This document shows, piece after piece, positions 10,355 through 20,529 of a stretch of DNA of 64,000 nt (position 1 is its first letter; every line of letters begins with the position of its first letter). The stretch is from a bacterium (lineage in GTDB: Bacteria; UBA8248). The stretch lies in contig OZ241875.1 of the NCBI GenBank assembly GCA_965203325.1, positions 1,888,001 to 1,952,000 of the forward strand. Reading direction: 5' to 3'. The notes below the pieces were generated by a model, which was not told where the DNA came from, ran no database searches, and saw only the letters and a program-made list of their open reading frames with translations. A program made the position numbers and the translations under genes.

Positions 10355-11395
10355 ATGAAGGCGATGGTATTGGCGGAGCCGGGCGCGCCGTTCGTTCTGG
10401 AAGAACGGCCCATCCCCGTGGCGGGGCCGGGCGAGGCCGTGGCGCGCGTGCTGGCCTGTGGTTCGGGGCTTACAATCGAGCATACCCGGGCGGGCCGCAT
10501 GGGCGGGAATTTCCCGCTCGTGATCGGACACGAAATTACCGCAGAGATCACGCAGGTGGGCGCGGGCGTGGAGGGCCTCAGCGAGGGCGCGCCCGTGACG
10601 GCGTATTATTACTTCACCTGCGGGCGCTGCCGCTGGTGCCGCGTGAACCGCGAGACCCTGTGCGAGAACCTCGCCGGGCAGGTCGGCCGCCAGGTGGACG
10701 GCGGCTACGCCGAGTACATCAAGCTGCCCGCCCGGAATTTCATCCCCCTGCCCGAGGGGCTGGACTACAAGGCGCACCCCGCCGAGGTCGGCGTCATCTC
10801 GGACGCCATCGCCACGCCGTATAAGGTGTTACGCCACGCAGGCGTGCGCCCCATGGAGAACGTTGCCGTGGTGGGCGCGGGCGGCGGCGTGGGAATCCAC
10901 ATGGTGATGATGGCGCGCTGGGCGGGCGCGCGCGTCATCGCCGTCGACGTGACGGCGGACAAGCTGGGCAAATGCCGCGACATGGGCGCGCACGACGCGG
11001 TGGACGCCTCTCAAGAGAACCTGGGCGAGGCGTTTCGGGATTTGACCGGTGGCGCGGGCGTGGACGTCGTCGTCGATTTCGTCTGCACCGCTGAGGGGGT
11101 CGAGGGCGGCCTGCGCGGGCTGGGCAAGGGGGGCCGCTTTCTCGCCATGGGGGCGAACCGGATAGAACGGTTTCCGTTCTCTCCGCGTGAGTTGCTCCGC
11201 GAGGAGCAGCAGATCATGGGCAGCCGCTACGCCAATAAACAGGAGGTCATCGACTCGCTCGAACTCGTGGCGCGCGGCGATGTCTGGCCCCTGGTGAGCG
11301 AGACCTATCCGCTCGAAGAAGCCAACCTCGTGCACGAGCGCTTGCGTGAGGGCCGAGTCACCGGACGCGCCGCCCTAGTAATGTCTCAAGAATAG
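10355..11395 (+). CDS. Zn-dependent alcohol dehydrogenase (MDR)
   Basis: GHE motif, structural Zn site CGRCRWC..C, GAGGGVG. Confidence 0.9.
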   Translation: MKAMVLAEPGAPFVLEERPIPVAGPGEAVARVLACGSGLTIEHTRAGRMGGNFPLVIGHEITAEITQVGAGVEGLSEGAPVTAYYYFTCGRCRWCRVNRETLCENLAGQVGRQVDGGYAEYIKLPARNFIPLPEGLDYKAHPAEVGVISDAIATPYKVLRHAGVRPMENVAVVGAGGGVGIHMVMMARWAGARVIAVDVTADKLGKCRDMGAHDAVDASQENLGEAFRDLTGGAGVDVVVDFVCTAEGVEGGLRGLGKGGRFLAMGANRIERFPFSPRELLREEQQIMGSRYANKQEVIDSLELVARGDVWPLVSETYPLEEANLVHERLREGRVTGRAALVMSQE

Positions 11396-11418
11396 AAGAC
11401 GCTTTCAGGCGAGGCCGC

Positions 11419-12879
11419 TCAACCCAAACCCACCGCTTCCTCCCCGAAGCGCTCGATCGTCTCGAGCGTCTCGCGCACGTCGTCCCAGGTCGTGTTGTGG
11501 TTGATGATGCAGAACCGGAGCGCGAACTTCCCCTTGAGAAGGGTAGAGGACACGAACGCCTTGTCGTCCCAGAAGATGCGGGCGAGAACCGATCTGTTGA
11601 CCTCCTCCAGCGCTTCCTCGTCCAGGCCGGCCTCCGCCGGATTGACCCGGAAGCAAACGATGCCCAGCGAGACGGGCGTCAGCATCTCCAGAACCGGACT
11701 CTCTCGAACGTACTCTTGCGTCTTATCGGCAAGTTCCATCCCCCTCGAGACGGCGCGCCTGAACGCGTCCATCCCGAAAGTCTGGACCGACATCCAGACC
11801 TTGAGCGCCCGGAACGAGCGGCTCAGCTGCAGGCCGCGGTCCGAGAAGTTCGGGTGGTTCGCGCCCCATATCGTGTCCTGAAGAATATCGTGCCGAACCG
11901 CAAACGCCTTTTCGAGCGTTTTCACGTCCTTTACGAGCAGCGCGCCCGCCTCGTAGGGCTGGAAGAACCATTTGTGCGCGTCCATCCCGATGGAATCGGC
12001 GCGCTCCATGCCGCCGAGGAGCTTTTTGCCCCGCTCGGTGACGGTCGCGAAGCCGCCGTAGGCGGCGTCGACGTGCAGCCAGATGCCCTGCGCCTCGCAG
12101 AAATCCGCCATCTCCCCCAGCGGGTCGATAGCCCCCGTGCTGACTGCGCCGGCGTTGGCGCACACCGCGATGGGGTGAAGCCCGGAAGCGCGGTCCTCGG
12201 CTACGGCGCGTGCGAGCACCTCCAAATCCAGGCGGAAGCGCGCGTCGCTCGGGAGTAGCCTGATGCGCTCGGGCCGGACCCCGATAATGCGCGCCGCGCG
12301 AATGTGCGCGCTGTGGCTCTGGTCGCTCATGTACACGCTCGCGCGGTCGGGATGACCCGCCGCTTCACGCGCCGCGACGAAGGCGTCCAGGCTCGCCGCC
12401 GAACCCCCGCTCGTGAAAAGCCCGCCCGCGCTCTCGGGATAGCCGATCCAGCGTCTAAACCAGTCGATGACGACCAGTTCGAGTTGGCTCGGGCCGCTCG
12501 CGACCAGCCAGGTGCATTGATTGATATGGAAGCCCGAGGCCATGAAGTCGGCCAGCACCCCGGGCCAGGTGGGCGAGGTTGAAACGAACGCGAGGGAACG
12601 GGGATGGTCCAGACGTAACGAAAACGGGAGAATATCGCGCGCGGCGCGCTCTAAAACCTCCGCAGCAGGGCGGCCGGCCTCGGGCGGCGCCTCCATCAGT
12701 TGCTTTTCGAGCTCCTGCTGAAAATCCCCATCCCAGGCGCCCTCACCGGGAAGGGTTTCGATTCGCTCCACCAGGAGTTCCGCTGCCCTGCGCGCCAGAT
12801 CGAGCATCTGTTCGGGCGCCATCCGGAGTCCATCGCCCTCCTCAGCCTGCGCTTCTCTTCTACCTTCCGATTTCTCCAT
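11419..12879 (-). CDS. Group II PLP-dependent decarboxylase (aromatic amino acid decarboxylase-like), copy A
   Basis: TSGGS, WLHVDAAYGG, DAHKW (PLP Lys), QLSRSFRALKVW. Confidence 0.9.
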   Translation of the reverse strand: MEKSEGRREAQAEEGDGLRMAPEQMLDLARRAAELLVERIETLPGEGAWDGDFQQELEKQLMEAPPEAGRPAAEVLERAARDILPFSLRLDHPRSLAFVSTSPTWPGVLADFMASGFHINQCTWLVASGPSQLELVVIDWFRRWIGYPESAGGLFTSGGSAASLDAFVAAREAAGHPDRASVYMSDQSHSAHIRAARIIGVRPERIRLLPSDARFRLDLEVLARAVAEDRASGLHPIAVCANAGAVSTGAIDPLGEMADFCEAQGIWLHVDAAYGGFATVTERGKKLLGGMERADSIGMDAHKWFFQPYEAGALLVKDVKTLEKAFAVRHDILQDTIWGANHPNFSDRGLQLSRSFRALKVWMSVQTFGMDAFRRAVSRGMELADKTQEYVRESPVLEMLTPVSLGIVCFRVNPAEAGLDEEALEEVNRSVLARIFWDDKAFVSSTLLKGKFALRFCIINHNTTWDDVRETLETIERFGEEAVGLG

Positions 12880-13095
12880 TACGCATCCCCACCTCTTTGT
12901 GACATCGGAATAGAATATGGAGCGGCTTCAAAGAGACTCATGAAGAGCCCTGCTCCAAGCGCCCTGTTCTACCCAAAAGGATACACATCACACAGATAGC
13001 GAACGATATTCGATTCCTTTCAGTCCCGTTTCCGGTGACTTGACCGGCAAATATCCAACCGCTACAGAAATCGGGAAACGCAGGGAAACGACCTC

Positions 13096-14562
13096 CTAAC
13101 CATTTTCCTTTACCAAAGCCTCCCCTCCGAAGCGCTCGATCGTCTCGAGCGTCTCGCGCACGTCGTCCCAGGTCGTGTTGTGATTGATGATGCAGAACCG
13201 GAGCGCGAACTTCCCCTTGAGAAGGGTGGAGGACACGAACGCCTTGTCGTCCCAGAAGATGCGGGCGAGAACCGTTCTGTTGATCTCCTCCAGCGCTTCC
13301 TCGTCCAGGCCGGCCTCCGCCGGATTGACCCGGAAGCAAACGATGCCCAGCGAGACGGGCGTCAGCATCTCCAGATGCGGGCTTTCGCGAACGTACGCCT
13401 CGGCACGCTCGGCCAACTCCATGCCCCTGGAAACAGCGCGCCTGAACGCGGCCATGCCGAAGGTCTGCACCGACATCCAGACCTTGAGCGCCCGGAACGA
13501 GCGGCTCAGTTGCAGGCCGCGATCCGAGAAGTTCGGGTGGTTCGCGCCCCATATCGTGTCCTGGAGAATGTCGTGGCGCACCGCGAAGGCGCGCTCGAGC
13601 GTTTTCACGTCCTTCACGAGCAGGGCGCCCGCCTCGTAGGGCTGGAAGAACCACTTGTGCGCGTCCATCCCGATCGAATCGGCGCGCTCCATGCCGCTGA
13701 GGAGTTCCTTGCCCCGCTCGGTGACGGTCGCGAAGCCACCGTAGGCGGCGTCGACGTGCAGCCAGACCCCCTGCGCCTCGCAGAAATCCGCCATCTCCAC
13801 AAGCGGATCGACGGCCCCCGTACTGGAGGCGCCCGCGTTGGCGCACACCGCGATGGGGTGGAGCCCCGCCGCGCGATCTTCCGCCACGGCGCGCGCGAGC
13901 GCTTCCATGTCCAGGCGGAAGCGTTCATCACACGGAAGAAGCCTGATGCGCTCGGGCCGAATACCGATGATCTTTGCCGCGCGGACGTGCGCGCTGTGAC
14001 TCTGATCGGCCATGTAGACGCTCGCGCGCTCGGGATGACCCGCCGCTTCGCGCGCCGCGACGAAGGCGTCCAGGCTCGCCGCCGACCCCCCGCTCGTGAA
14101 AAGCCCGCCCGCGCTCTCGGGATAGCCGATCCAGCGCCTAAACCAGTCGATGACGACCAGTTCGAGCTGGCTCGGGCCGCTCGCGACCAGCCAGGTGCAT
14201 TGATTGACGTGGAAGCCCGAGGCCATGAAGTCGGCCAGCACACCGGGCCAGGTGGGCGAGGAGGGGATGAAGCCGAAGAAGCGGGGATGATCGTTGCGCC
14301 CCGTGAGGGGAAGTATCTCACGCGCGGCGCGCTCCAGAACCTCCACCGCGGGCCGTCCGTCCTCGGGTGGAGCCTCCATCAGTTGTTTTTCGAGCTCCTG
14401 CTGAAAGTCTCCGTCCCAGGCGCCTTCCCCGGGAAGGTTTTCGGTTCGCTCCACCAGGAGTTCCGCCGCCCTGCGCGCCAGAGCGAGCATCGACTCGGGC
14501 GTCATGCGGAGGCCGTCGTCTCCAAAGTCCGACGCCTCTCTTCTCTCGGAACTCACCATCAT
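13096..14562 (-). CDS. Group II PLP-dependent decarboxylase, copy B (tandem paralog)
   Basis: Same motifs; HPRFFGFIP; near-identical to copy A over most of its length. Confidence 0.9.
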   Translation of the reverse strand: MMVSSERREASDFGDDGLRMTPESMLALARRAAELLVERTENLPGEGAWDGDFQQELEKQLMEAPPEDGRPAVEVLERAAREILPLTGRNDHPRFFGFIPSSPTWPGVLADFMASGFHVNQCTWLVASGPSQLELVVIDWFRRWIGYPESAGGLFTSGGSAASLDAFVAAREAAGHPERASVYMADQSHSAHVRAAKIIGIRPERIRLLPCDERFRLDMEALARAVAEDRAAGLHPIAVCANAGASSTGAVDPLVEMADFCEAQGVWLHVDAAYGGFATVTERGKELLSGMERADSIGMDAHKWFFQPYEAGALLVKDVKTLERAFAVRHDILQDTIWGANHPNFSDRGLQLSRSFRALKVWMSVQTFGMAAFRRAVSRGMELAERAEAYVRESPHLEMLTPVSLGIVCFRVNPAEAGLDEEALEEINRTVLARIFWDDKAFVSSTLLKGKFALRFCIINHNTTWDDVRETLETIERFGGEALVKENG

Positions 14563-15042
14563 GCCTCCACTGTCGTCCGGAACGATTGAAATACGTCGTG
14601 GGTCCAAGACGCCGGCGCAGGGCCCCGCCTCGCTCAACTCCCTTCACCGGAAGCTCGGACTTAAAGCGGAAATACCGGGATTTCTTCGATTCTATATCTA
14701 ACCACTATGGCCGACCGGCGTCATCCAGTCAAGAAAACTCCCAGGTATTCCATTCCCGCCGGAGCGCCGGCGGCATCCGGTCCAAGGCGCCGAAAGCGGT
14801 ATTGCGCCAGAAACATGACTATGAGTTGCCAAACATGAAGAAATTCTATATCGTAGGGAGCGCATTTCTTGGAGATGCAGTTCTGAATGACTACGTTGCC
14901 TATCCAGGAATTCGGTGGATGGGCTTGCGTTTATGTGAGATAATAAGGTATTACCCTAGGCACGTTACGTTTGTTGCCCATGCATACACTCTCGGGGTGT
15001 AGGGTCAGAGGAATCTCACGCTGTTGGGAGGCAGAGCCAAGC

Positions 15043-15381
15043 ATGGAAATTAAGACTGAGCAGGAAAGCGGGACGTTGGTCGTGCAGGTTGACGGCCGCA
15101 TCGACGGCGCCACCGCCCCGGATTTCGAGAGCACCATCAAGAACGTAATCAGCGAAGACGACCGCGCCGTCATCGTTAATTTCGAGGGAGTCTCGTATAT
15201 CAGCAGCGCCGGCCTCCGCGCCGTTCTTCTCGTCGCCAAGCAGCTTAGTCAAAGCAACACGAAGTTCGCCCTGTACGCGCTCGGAGAACTGACGCGCGAG
15301 GTTTTCGAGATATCCGGCTTCGACCGCATCATTCAGATCCACAACTCGAAAGCGGACGCCCTCGCCGCGACCGCGAACTGA
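15043..15381 (+). CDS. STAS-domain anti-anti-sigma factor (RsbV/SpoIIAA-like)
   Basis: GRIDG.TAP.FE, VSYISSAGLR (phospho-Ser), EVFEISGF. Confidence 0.92.
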   Translation: MEIKTEQESGTLVVQVDGRIDGATAPDFESTIKNVISEDDRAVIVNFEGVSYISSAGLRAVLLVAKQLSQSNTKFALYALGELTREVFEISGFDRIIQIHNSKADALAATAN

Positions 15382-15525
15382 CGGCCGGAGGCGAAGAAGG
15401 AAAAACCTTTTTTCGCCGTCTGACCTCCTGGATTCGCGAGTCGCGGCTTTCGCCGTGCCCCCCCAACCATCTTTCGTCTTCCTCGATATTTTCTCGAATC
15501 TTTTCGGGCAGGAAGTCAGCGCGGA

Positions 15526-17715
15526 TCACCGCGGCAATTCGACGATCATTTCCGTGAATTCGTCCGGCTCGGTTTCGACCCGTATGTTTCCCCCATGCTG
15601 ACGAATAATGTCGCTGGATAGAGAAAGGCCGAGCCCGGTGCCCTTGTCCGTCGGCTTGGTCGTGAAGAAGGGGTTGAATATCTTCTCGACGACCTCAGGC
15701 GGCATCCCGCTCCCGTTGTCGCGAATGCGGACCTCGATGCCGTCCGGCCTGCACCTGGTAACGAGCTTCAGCGTGGGATCGTAGCGCGGCGCATCTTCGA
15801 CAGAGGCGACTTTTTGCCGTTTCTCATGGGTGGCGTAGCAGGCGTTGCTCACCATGTTCAGGAAGACGCGGCCCAGATCCTGCGGAATGACCTCGCATTC
15901 CACCATATCCGGATCCAAATCCCAATCGAGCGTGAGGTTGAAATTTGGGTCTGCCGCCCGTGCGCTGTGGTAGGCGAGGCGCGCGTGTTCGTCGAGCAGG
16001 GTGTTGATGTTGGTCGGCTGCGCCTCTCCCGAACCCCTGCCCATCTGGAGCATGCTCTCCACGATGTTGTTGGCCCGCTCCCCGTGTTCGCGGATGCGCT
16101 GGAGGTTGCCGGTGAGGTCTTCTCCGATTTCGGTGATGAGCTCGATCGGATCCTCTTCGTCCTGCTTTTTCTCCTCCTTGTCCTCCTGCGGTTCCTGCCC
16201 GTTTTCCTGCCCGTTGCCGCCGTGAGCCGCCATCTTCTCCAACTCTTCCATCAACTCCTCCATCAGCTCTTCGGAGACTTCCGAGAAGTTCTTGATGAAG
16301 TTCAGCGGATTTCTGATCTCGTGAGCCACGCCCGCCGTCAATTCACCGAGCGCCGCGAGTTTTTCGCGCATGACAATCTGATCCTGCGCCTTTTCCAGAT
16401 CGCCGAGCGCGCTTTCGAGTTCCTCGTTTTTGCCCTTGATCTCCTCGGCCAGTTTCTCCACCAGGTTGAGGCGCTGCACCTCCAAGGCATGGCGGCGGAA
16501 GATTTCGAGCGCTGCGGCCATTTCCGCGACTTCGTCCTGCCCGCCGATATCGACTTTCTCCTCCAGATCGCCGTCGGCCATGCGGCGCATGCGGTCCGAG
16601 AGCCGACCGAGTCGACGCGAAAGCACACGGCCGATGAACAGCCAGCCGATCAGCACGGCGCCGATGAAACTGATGGCGCTCAGCGCGAGCAGGATGTTGC
16701 TGCCGGTGCTGATGGCCTGGGCGGAATCCTGGGTGGCCTGCTTCGCGCTCTTGCGGGCCGTGCCCACCAGCGTTTCGGTGGCGGCCAGAATTTTCGCTTC
16801 CTGAGATTCGTGAAACGCGAGCAACTCGCCCTGTTTCCTCTCGAGCGCCAGTTCACGCGCGCGCAGATTGAAACCGCCATCCTCCCCGATGCTCAACTCG
16901 ATCATCTGTTCGAAGAGAGGCTCGAGAGCCGCGCGCACCGGAACCTTTCCAAGCGCGTTCATACGCCGCCGGATACCGCGCGCCGTGGCCTCGAAGCGCT
17001 CGCGCAACGGCTCGATCTGGGCGGCGTCCGATACGCTGAAAGCGGTGGCGAGAAGCTGGGTCGCGATAGTGGCGTCCGACCGCAAGCCGGCGATGTAGCG
17101 GTAGAGGTTAAACCCCTCCTCCGAGAAGTGCTTTTCACGGGGAACGGGCGCCGCGTCGATTTTGCCGTAACCCGTCATCGCGTAGAACAACTGATCGTCG
17201 ATGGCGGGAACCATGACGTTGTTCAGCTCCTTGCGCACCCATGTGAGCTGGAGTTGCAGGGTATCGCGCAGATCGGTGAGATCGAAGCGCTGCAGCACCA
17301 ATCGTTTGATGGCATTGAGGTTCTCTATCAGCACGTCTCCGAGCTTCTTGATGCGCAAGGAGATTTCCTCATTCCCTTCCTGGCGAATCAGCGCCGCAAG
17401 CGCCGTCTCGAACGCCTCCTGGTCCTTGGCGACCTCGGTGGCTATTTGGTCCAGGATGTCAGGGTTCACCACTGCGGCCAGCCGCGGCGCGGCGGCCACC
17501 AGGGCGGTGCTCTCCTGGGCGATTCCGAAGGCGCTCGCCAGGAACGGGACGGTGCCTTCGTTCACGCGGTTCTGCACCTCGCCCACGAACCCGAACGAGA
17601 CCCATGCAACCACGCTCGCGATGACGGTGAGAGAAGCGGCGGCGCCGATGCTGAGGTAGAGTTGCGTCGATATCTGGTAACGCTTGTCCAGGAGGTTCTT
17701 CAGCGCGCTTTTCAT
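15526..17715 (-). CDS. Membrane sensor histidine kinase with TorS-like periplasmic helical sensor and HAMP domain
   Basis: Two TM segments, HAMP (DEVAEMA), H-box AGVAHEIRNPLN, N-box, DNGSG, FNPFFTTKP.KGTGLGL; ATGA overlap with the upstream gene. Confidence 0.9.
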   Translation of the reverse strand: MKSALKNLLDKRYQISTQLYLSIGAAASLTVIASVVAWVSFGFVGEVQNRVNEGTVPFLASAFGIAQESTALVAAAPRLAAVVNPDILDQIATEVAKDQEAFETALAALIRQEGNEEISLRIKKLGDVLIENLNAIKRLVLQRFDLTDLRDTLQLQLTWVRKELNNVMVPAIDDQLFYAMTGYGKIDAAPVPREKHFSEEGFNLYRYIAGLRSDATIATQLLATAFSVSDAAQIEPLRERFEATARGIRRRMNALGKVPVRAALEPLFEQMIELSIGEDGGFNLRARELALERKQGELLAFHESQEAKILAATETLVGTARKSAKQATQDSAQAISTGSNILLALSAISFIGAVLIGWLFIGRVLSRRLGRLSDRMRRMADGDLEEKVDIGGQDEVAEMAAALEIFRRHALEVQRLNLVEKLAEEIKGKNEELESALGDLEKAQDQIVMREKLAALGELTAGVAHEIRNPLNFIKNFSEVSEELMEELMEELEKMAAHGGNGQENGQEPQEDKEEKKQDEEDPIELITEIGEDLTGNLQRIREHGERANNIVESMLQMGRGSGEAQPTNINTLLDEHARLAYHSARAADPNFNLTLDWDLDPDMVECEVIPQDLGRVFLNMVSNACYATHEKRQKVASVEDAPRYDPTLKLVTRCRPDGIEVRIRDNGSGMPPEVVEKIFNPFFTTKPTDKGTGLGLSLSSDIIRQHGGNIRVETEPDEFTEMIVELPR

Positions 17716-18899
17716 CTCTTCTCCGGCCGCCGGATTTTTTCGGTCGGGATGTAGCGGCCGCCCTCGCCGACGACGGTGAGGAAAACGGCGTCCGAACCCT
17801 GGTTGTCGTCTTTGCCGAAGCGGAGCTTGAATCCGCCGAGGTCGATGGTGGCCGCGCGTCGCAGGCTTTTCAGAAGACAGTTGCGGTCGGGCTTGCGCCC
17901 GCACAACTCGAGGGCGCGAATGGCCAGTCTGCCGGCCATGTAGCCCTCGAATGAGACGAAGCTGGGAGTCGCGCCGGGTTTGTGAGCCTCCAGGTCCCGC
18001 CGGTAGTCGGCCGCGATCTCGAGATTCTCCATCGTCGGGAACGGAACCACCTGCGTGACGTAGATACCGACGCCGGCGGGGCCGAGTTCACGTACGAGCG
18101 CATTGCTGCCCACGAAGGATATTGTTACGAAAATCGGATTGAACCCCGTATGGCGCGCCCACGCGATGAAGGAGGCGACCGGTTTGTAGGCCCCCACGAG
18201 GACCACCGCTGCGGGGTCCGCGCGCCTGATGTCGAGCAGGGCCGTTTTGACCGCCGTCGTATTCCGTGGATAGACTCCGGTGACCGCCGGTTTCAGTTTG
18301 CGCCGCTCCAGGGCGCGGCGAACGCCCCGGTAGCCCGCCAGACCGAAAGAATCGTTCTGGTAGAGCACGGCGATCTTCTTGACGTCCAAGTCCTTGATCA
18401 GGCGATCTACTATCTCCTCGGTCTCCTGGAAATAGGAGGCCCGCAGGTTGATCACGTTCTTCCATTTGGGATCGCGCAAGAAGGCGGCGCCGGTGAAGGG
18501 CGCGATGTAGGGGACGTTCGCTTTTGCGGCGACCGGCGTGGCCGAGCGCGAGGTGGGCGTACCGACGGCCCCGATGAGCGCGAAAACCTTGCTCTGCTCT
18601 ATCAGCCGGCGGGTGTTCAGGATGGCGGCTTCGGGTTCATACGCATCGTCGAGGGATGTGAGTTCGAGCCGGCGTCCGTGAACGCCGCCGCGCTCGTTCG
18701 CCGTGCGAAAGGCGGCTTCGACCCCGAGACGCATTTCCTCGCCCAGAGCACTCGCGGGACCGGTGAAGGCGGCGGATTGACCGAAAAGAACCCGGTCAGG
18801 AGAAACCCCGGGCACGGCCGCCTGCGCCCCCGACGCCGAGCAGATTATCGCTGCAGCAAGGAGGATAAACGTCCGGCGGATTCGGAGCGGGAGGCTCAT
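17712..18899 (-). CDS. Type 1 periplasmic (Leu/Ile/Val-like) ligand-binding protein
   Basis: Signal peptide; GQSAAFTGP, GGVHGRRLEL..LDDAYEP, GAVGTPTS, LYQNDSFG. Confidence 0.9.
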   Translation of the reverse strand: MSLPLRIRRTFILLAAAIICSASGAQAAVPGVSPDRVLFGQSAAFTGPASALGEEMRLGVEAAFRTANERGGVHGRRLELTSLDDAYEPEAAILNTRRLIEQSKVFALIGAVGTPTSRSATPVAAKANVPYIAPFTGAAFLRDPKWKNVINLRASYFQETEEIVDRLIKDLDVKKIAVLYQNDSFGLAGYRGVRRALERRKLKPAVTGVYPRNTTAVKTALLDIRRADPAAVVLVGAYKPVASFIAWARHTGFNPIFVTISFVGSNALVRELGPAGVGIYVTQVVPFPTMENLEIAADYRRDLEAHKPGATPSFVSFEGYMAGRLAIRALELCGRKPDRNCLLKSLRRAATIDLGGFKLRFGKDDNQGSDAVFLTVVGEGGRYIPTEKIRRPEKR

Positions 18900-19315
18900 T
18901 CACTCCTCCGCTTGACAAGGCGCATATGGTTCTTGTTCTCCTCCCGTCGATAAGTCACATCGTCCATCATCGTCCGCACCAGGTGGATACCGAGCCCGCC
19001 CACGGCGCGGTCTTCGATGCCCGAGTCGGTGTCCGGTTCGGGCGCGTCGGTCAGGGGATCGAACGGACGGCCGTCGTCGATGATATCGATGATCACCGCC
19101 TCCGCGTCCGAGATGAGTTCGATGCTGATTTCCCCCTCTCCGCCTTCGCTGCCATGATGTACGACGTTGAGAATCAACTCTTCGAGCACGAGGTCGACCT
19201 GGAATTCGATGTCGGGCGGCCAGTCCTGCTCCCGGCTGAATTCCCCGATGGCGGACTGGATGCGCGGGAGATCCGAGGCCTCGAATCCCATTGTCAAAGA
19301 AAGTTTCGCGCTCAT
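18896..19315 (-). CDS. RsbW-like anti-sigma factor Ser kinase
   Basis: EELILNVVHHG (N-box), DDGRPFDP, GGLGIHLVR. Confidence 0.92.
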   Translation of the reverse strand: MSAKLSLTMGFEASDLPRIQSAIGEFSREQDWPPDIEFQVDLVLEELILNVVHHGSEGGEGEISIELISDAEAVIIDIIDDGRPFDPLTDAPEPDTDSGIEDRAVGGLGIHLVRTMMDDVTYRREENKNHMRLVKRRSE

Positions 19316-20529
19316 TCACTCACTCCACGGCGAAAAAGGGTCAGGCAAGTAATATCATCGAATTGAGGCGCTTTGCCCGCGAATTCCTTTACATCCTCAA
19401 AAACCTTCGTGTTGATCTCCCGGGCCGAGGCCGGCGACGCCCCCCCCAGAATCTCCCGGAGGCGGTCGAGGCCGAACTGCTCGGTCTTCTCGTTCTCCGC
19501 CTCCGTGACGCCGTCAGTGTAAAGGACGAGGGCGTCACCGGGGGCGAGAGTCGCATTGTACATGTCGTAACTGAACTCGGGCGCGATCCCGAGGGCGACG
19601 CCCGGATCCTGGGAAAGCAGGCTCGATGAGCCGTCGGCGTGAAGGACGAGCGGGGGGTTGTGCCCGCCGTTGGCGTAGACGAGTTCCCCGGACGTGGAGT
19701 CGTAAATGGCGAAAAAAACGGTGACGAACATCGCGGCCTCGTTGTTCTCCTGAAGCAGGCGGTTCACCTCGCTCAACACATCACCGGGCCGGAGCAGACG
19801 GTTCACCTCACCGAGCACATCGCCCGGATTGGCGCGAGCGACAGCGACGCTGTTGAGCAGCGTGCGGCTCGACATCATGAAAAGGGCGGCGGGCACCCCC
19901 TTGCCGGAAACGTCGGCGACCGTGATGCCGATGCGGCCATCGGACAGGTCTATCACGTCGAAGAAATCACCCCCTACGTCGCGGGCGGGCTCCATGCCCC
20001 CGAATATCTCGTAGTGGGGGCTTTCGGGGAATTTCGTCGGCAGAATCGATTGCTGCATCTTGCTGGCCAGGTCGAGGTCGCTCCTCAGGGCGACCAGCTT
20101 GTCGCGCGCCTCGAGCGCTTCGCGCAGCATGGCGAGGTGCTCCAGGGTCCGTTCTATGGTGATCCGCAAATCCTCGAAATCGATCGGCTTGGTGACGAAG
20201 TCGAAGGCGCCCCTGTTCATCGCCGTCCGGATGTTCTTCATGTCCCCGTACGCCGAAACCACTACGGAGCGCACGTTGGGGTCAACCGAGGGGATTTGCT
20301 TGAGCAGGGTGAGGCCGTCCATCTCCGGCATGTTGATGTCCGTGAGCACCATGTCGATAGGGTCGCCGCCATCGTTATCGTTCAAGCGCTCGAGCGCTTC
20401 GACCCCGTTGCGGGCGAAGACGAACGAATAGCGGCCTCTTCGTATCTCGCGCCGCATGCGCTGCAACACGAGCTGCTCGAGATCGGGCTCGTCGTCGACC
20501 ACGAGTATCCTGTGGGGTTCCTCCATCAC
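19312..20529 (-). CDS. Response regulator-PP2C (SpoIIE/RsbU-like) phosphatase
   Basis: REC (VVDDEP, TDINMP, KP) plus VGGDFFD, ADVSGKG, NGGHNPP, YTDGVTEA, DDIT. Confidence 0.93.
   Translation of the reverse strand: MMEEPHRILVVDDEPDLEQLVLQRMRREIRRGRYSFVFARNGVEALERLNDNDGGDPIDMVLTDINMPEMDGLTLLKQIPSVDPNVRSVVVSAYGDMKNIRTAMNRGAFDFVTKPIDFEDLRITIERTLEHLAMLREALEARDKLVALRSDLDLASKMQQSILPTKFPESPHYEIFGGMEPARDVGGDFFDVIDLSDGRIGITVADVSGKGVPAALFMMSSRTLLNSVAVARANPGDVLGEVNRLLRPGDVLSEVNRLLQENNEAAMFVTVFFAIYDSTSGELVYANGGHNPPLVLHADGSSSLLSQDPGVALGIAPEFSYDMYNATLAPGDALVLYTDGVTEAENEKTEQFGLDRLREILGGASPASAREINTKVFEDVKEFAGKAPQFDDITCLTLFRRGVSE

Noticed and set aside
15814..17754. Long antisense ORFs (646 aa here; also 13180-14589, 29945-31837, 35723-37504, 56228-57793)
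   Set aside because: Shadow frames opposite well-supported genes in GC-rich DNA; no recognisable motifs
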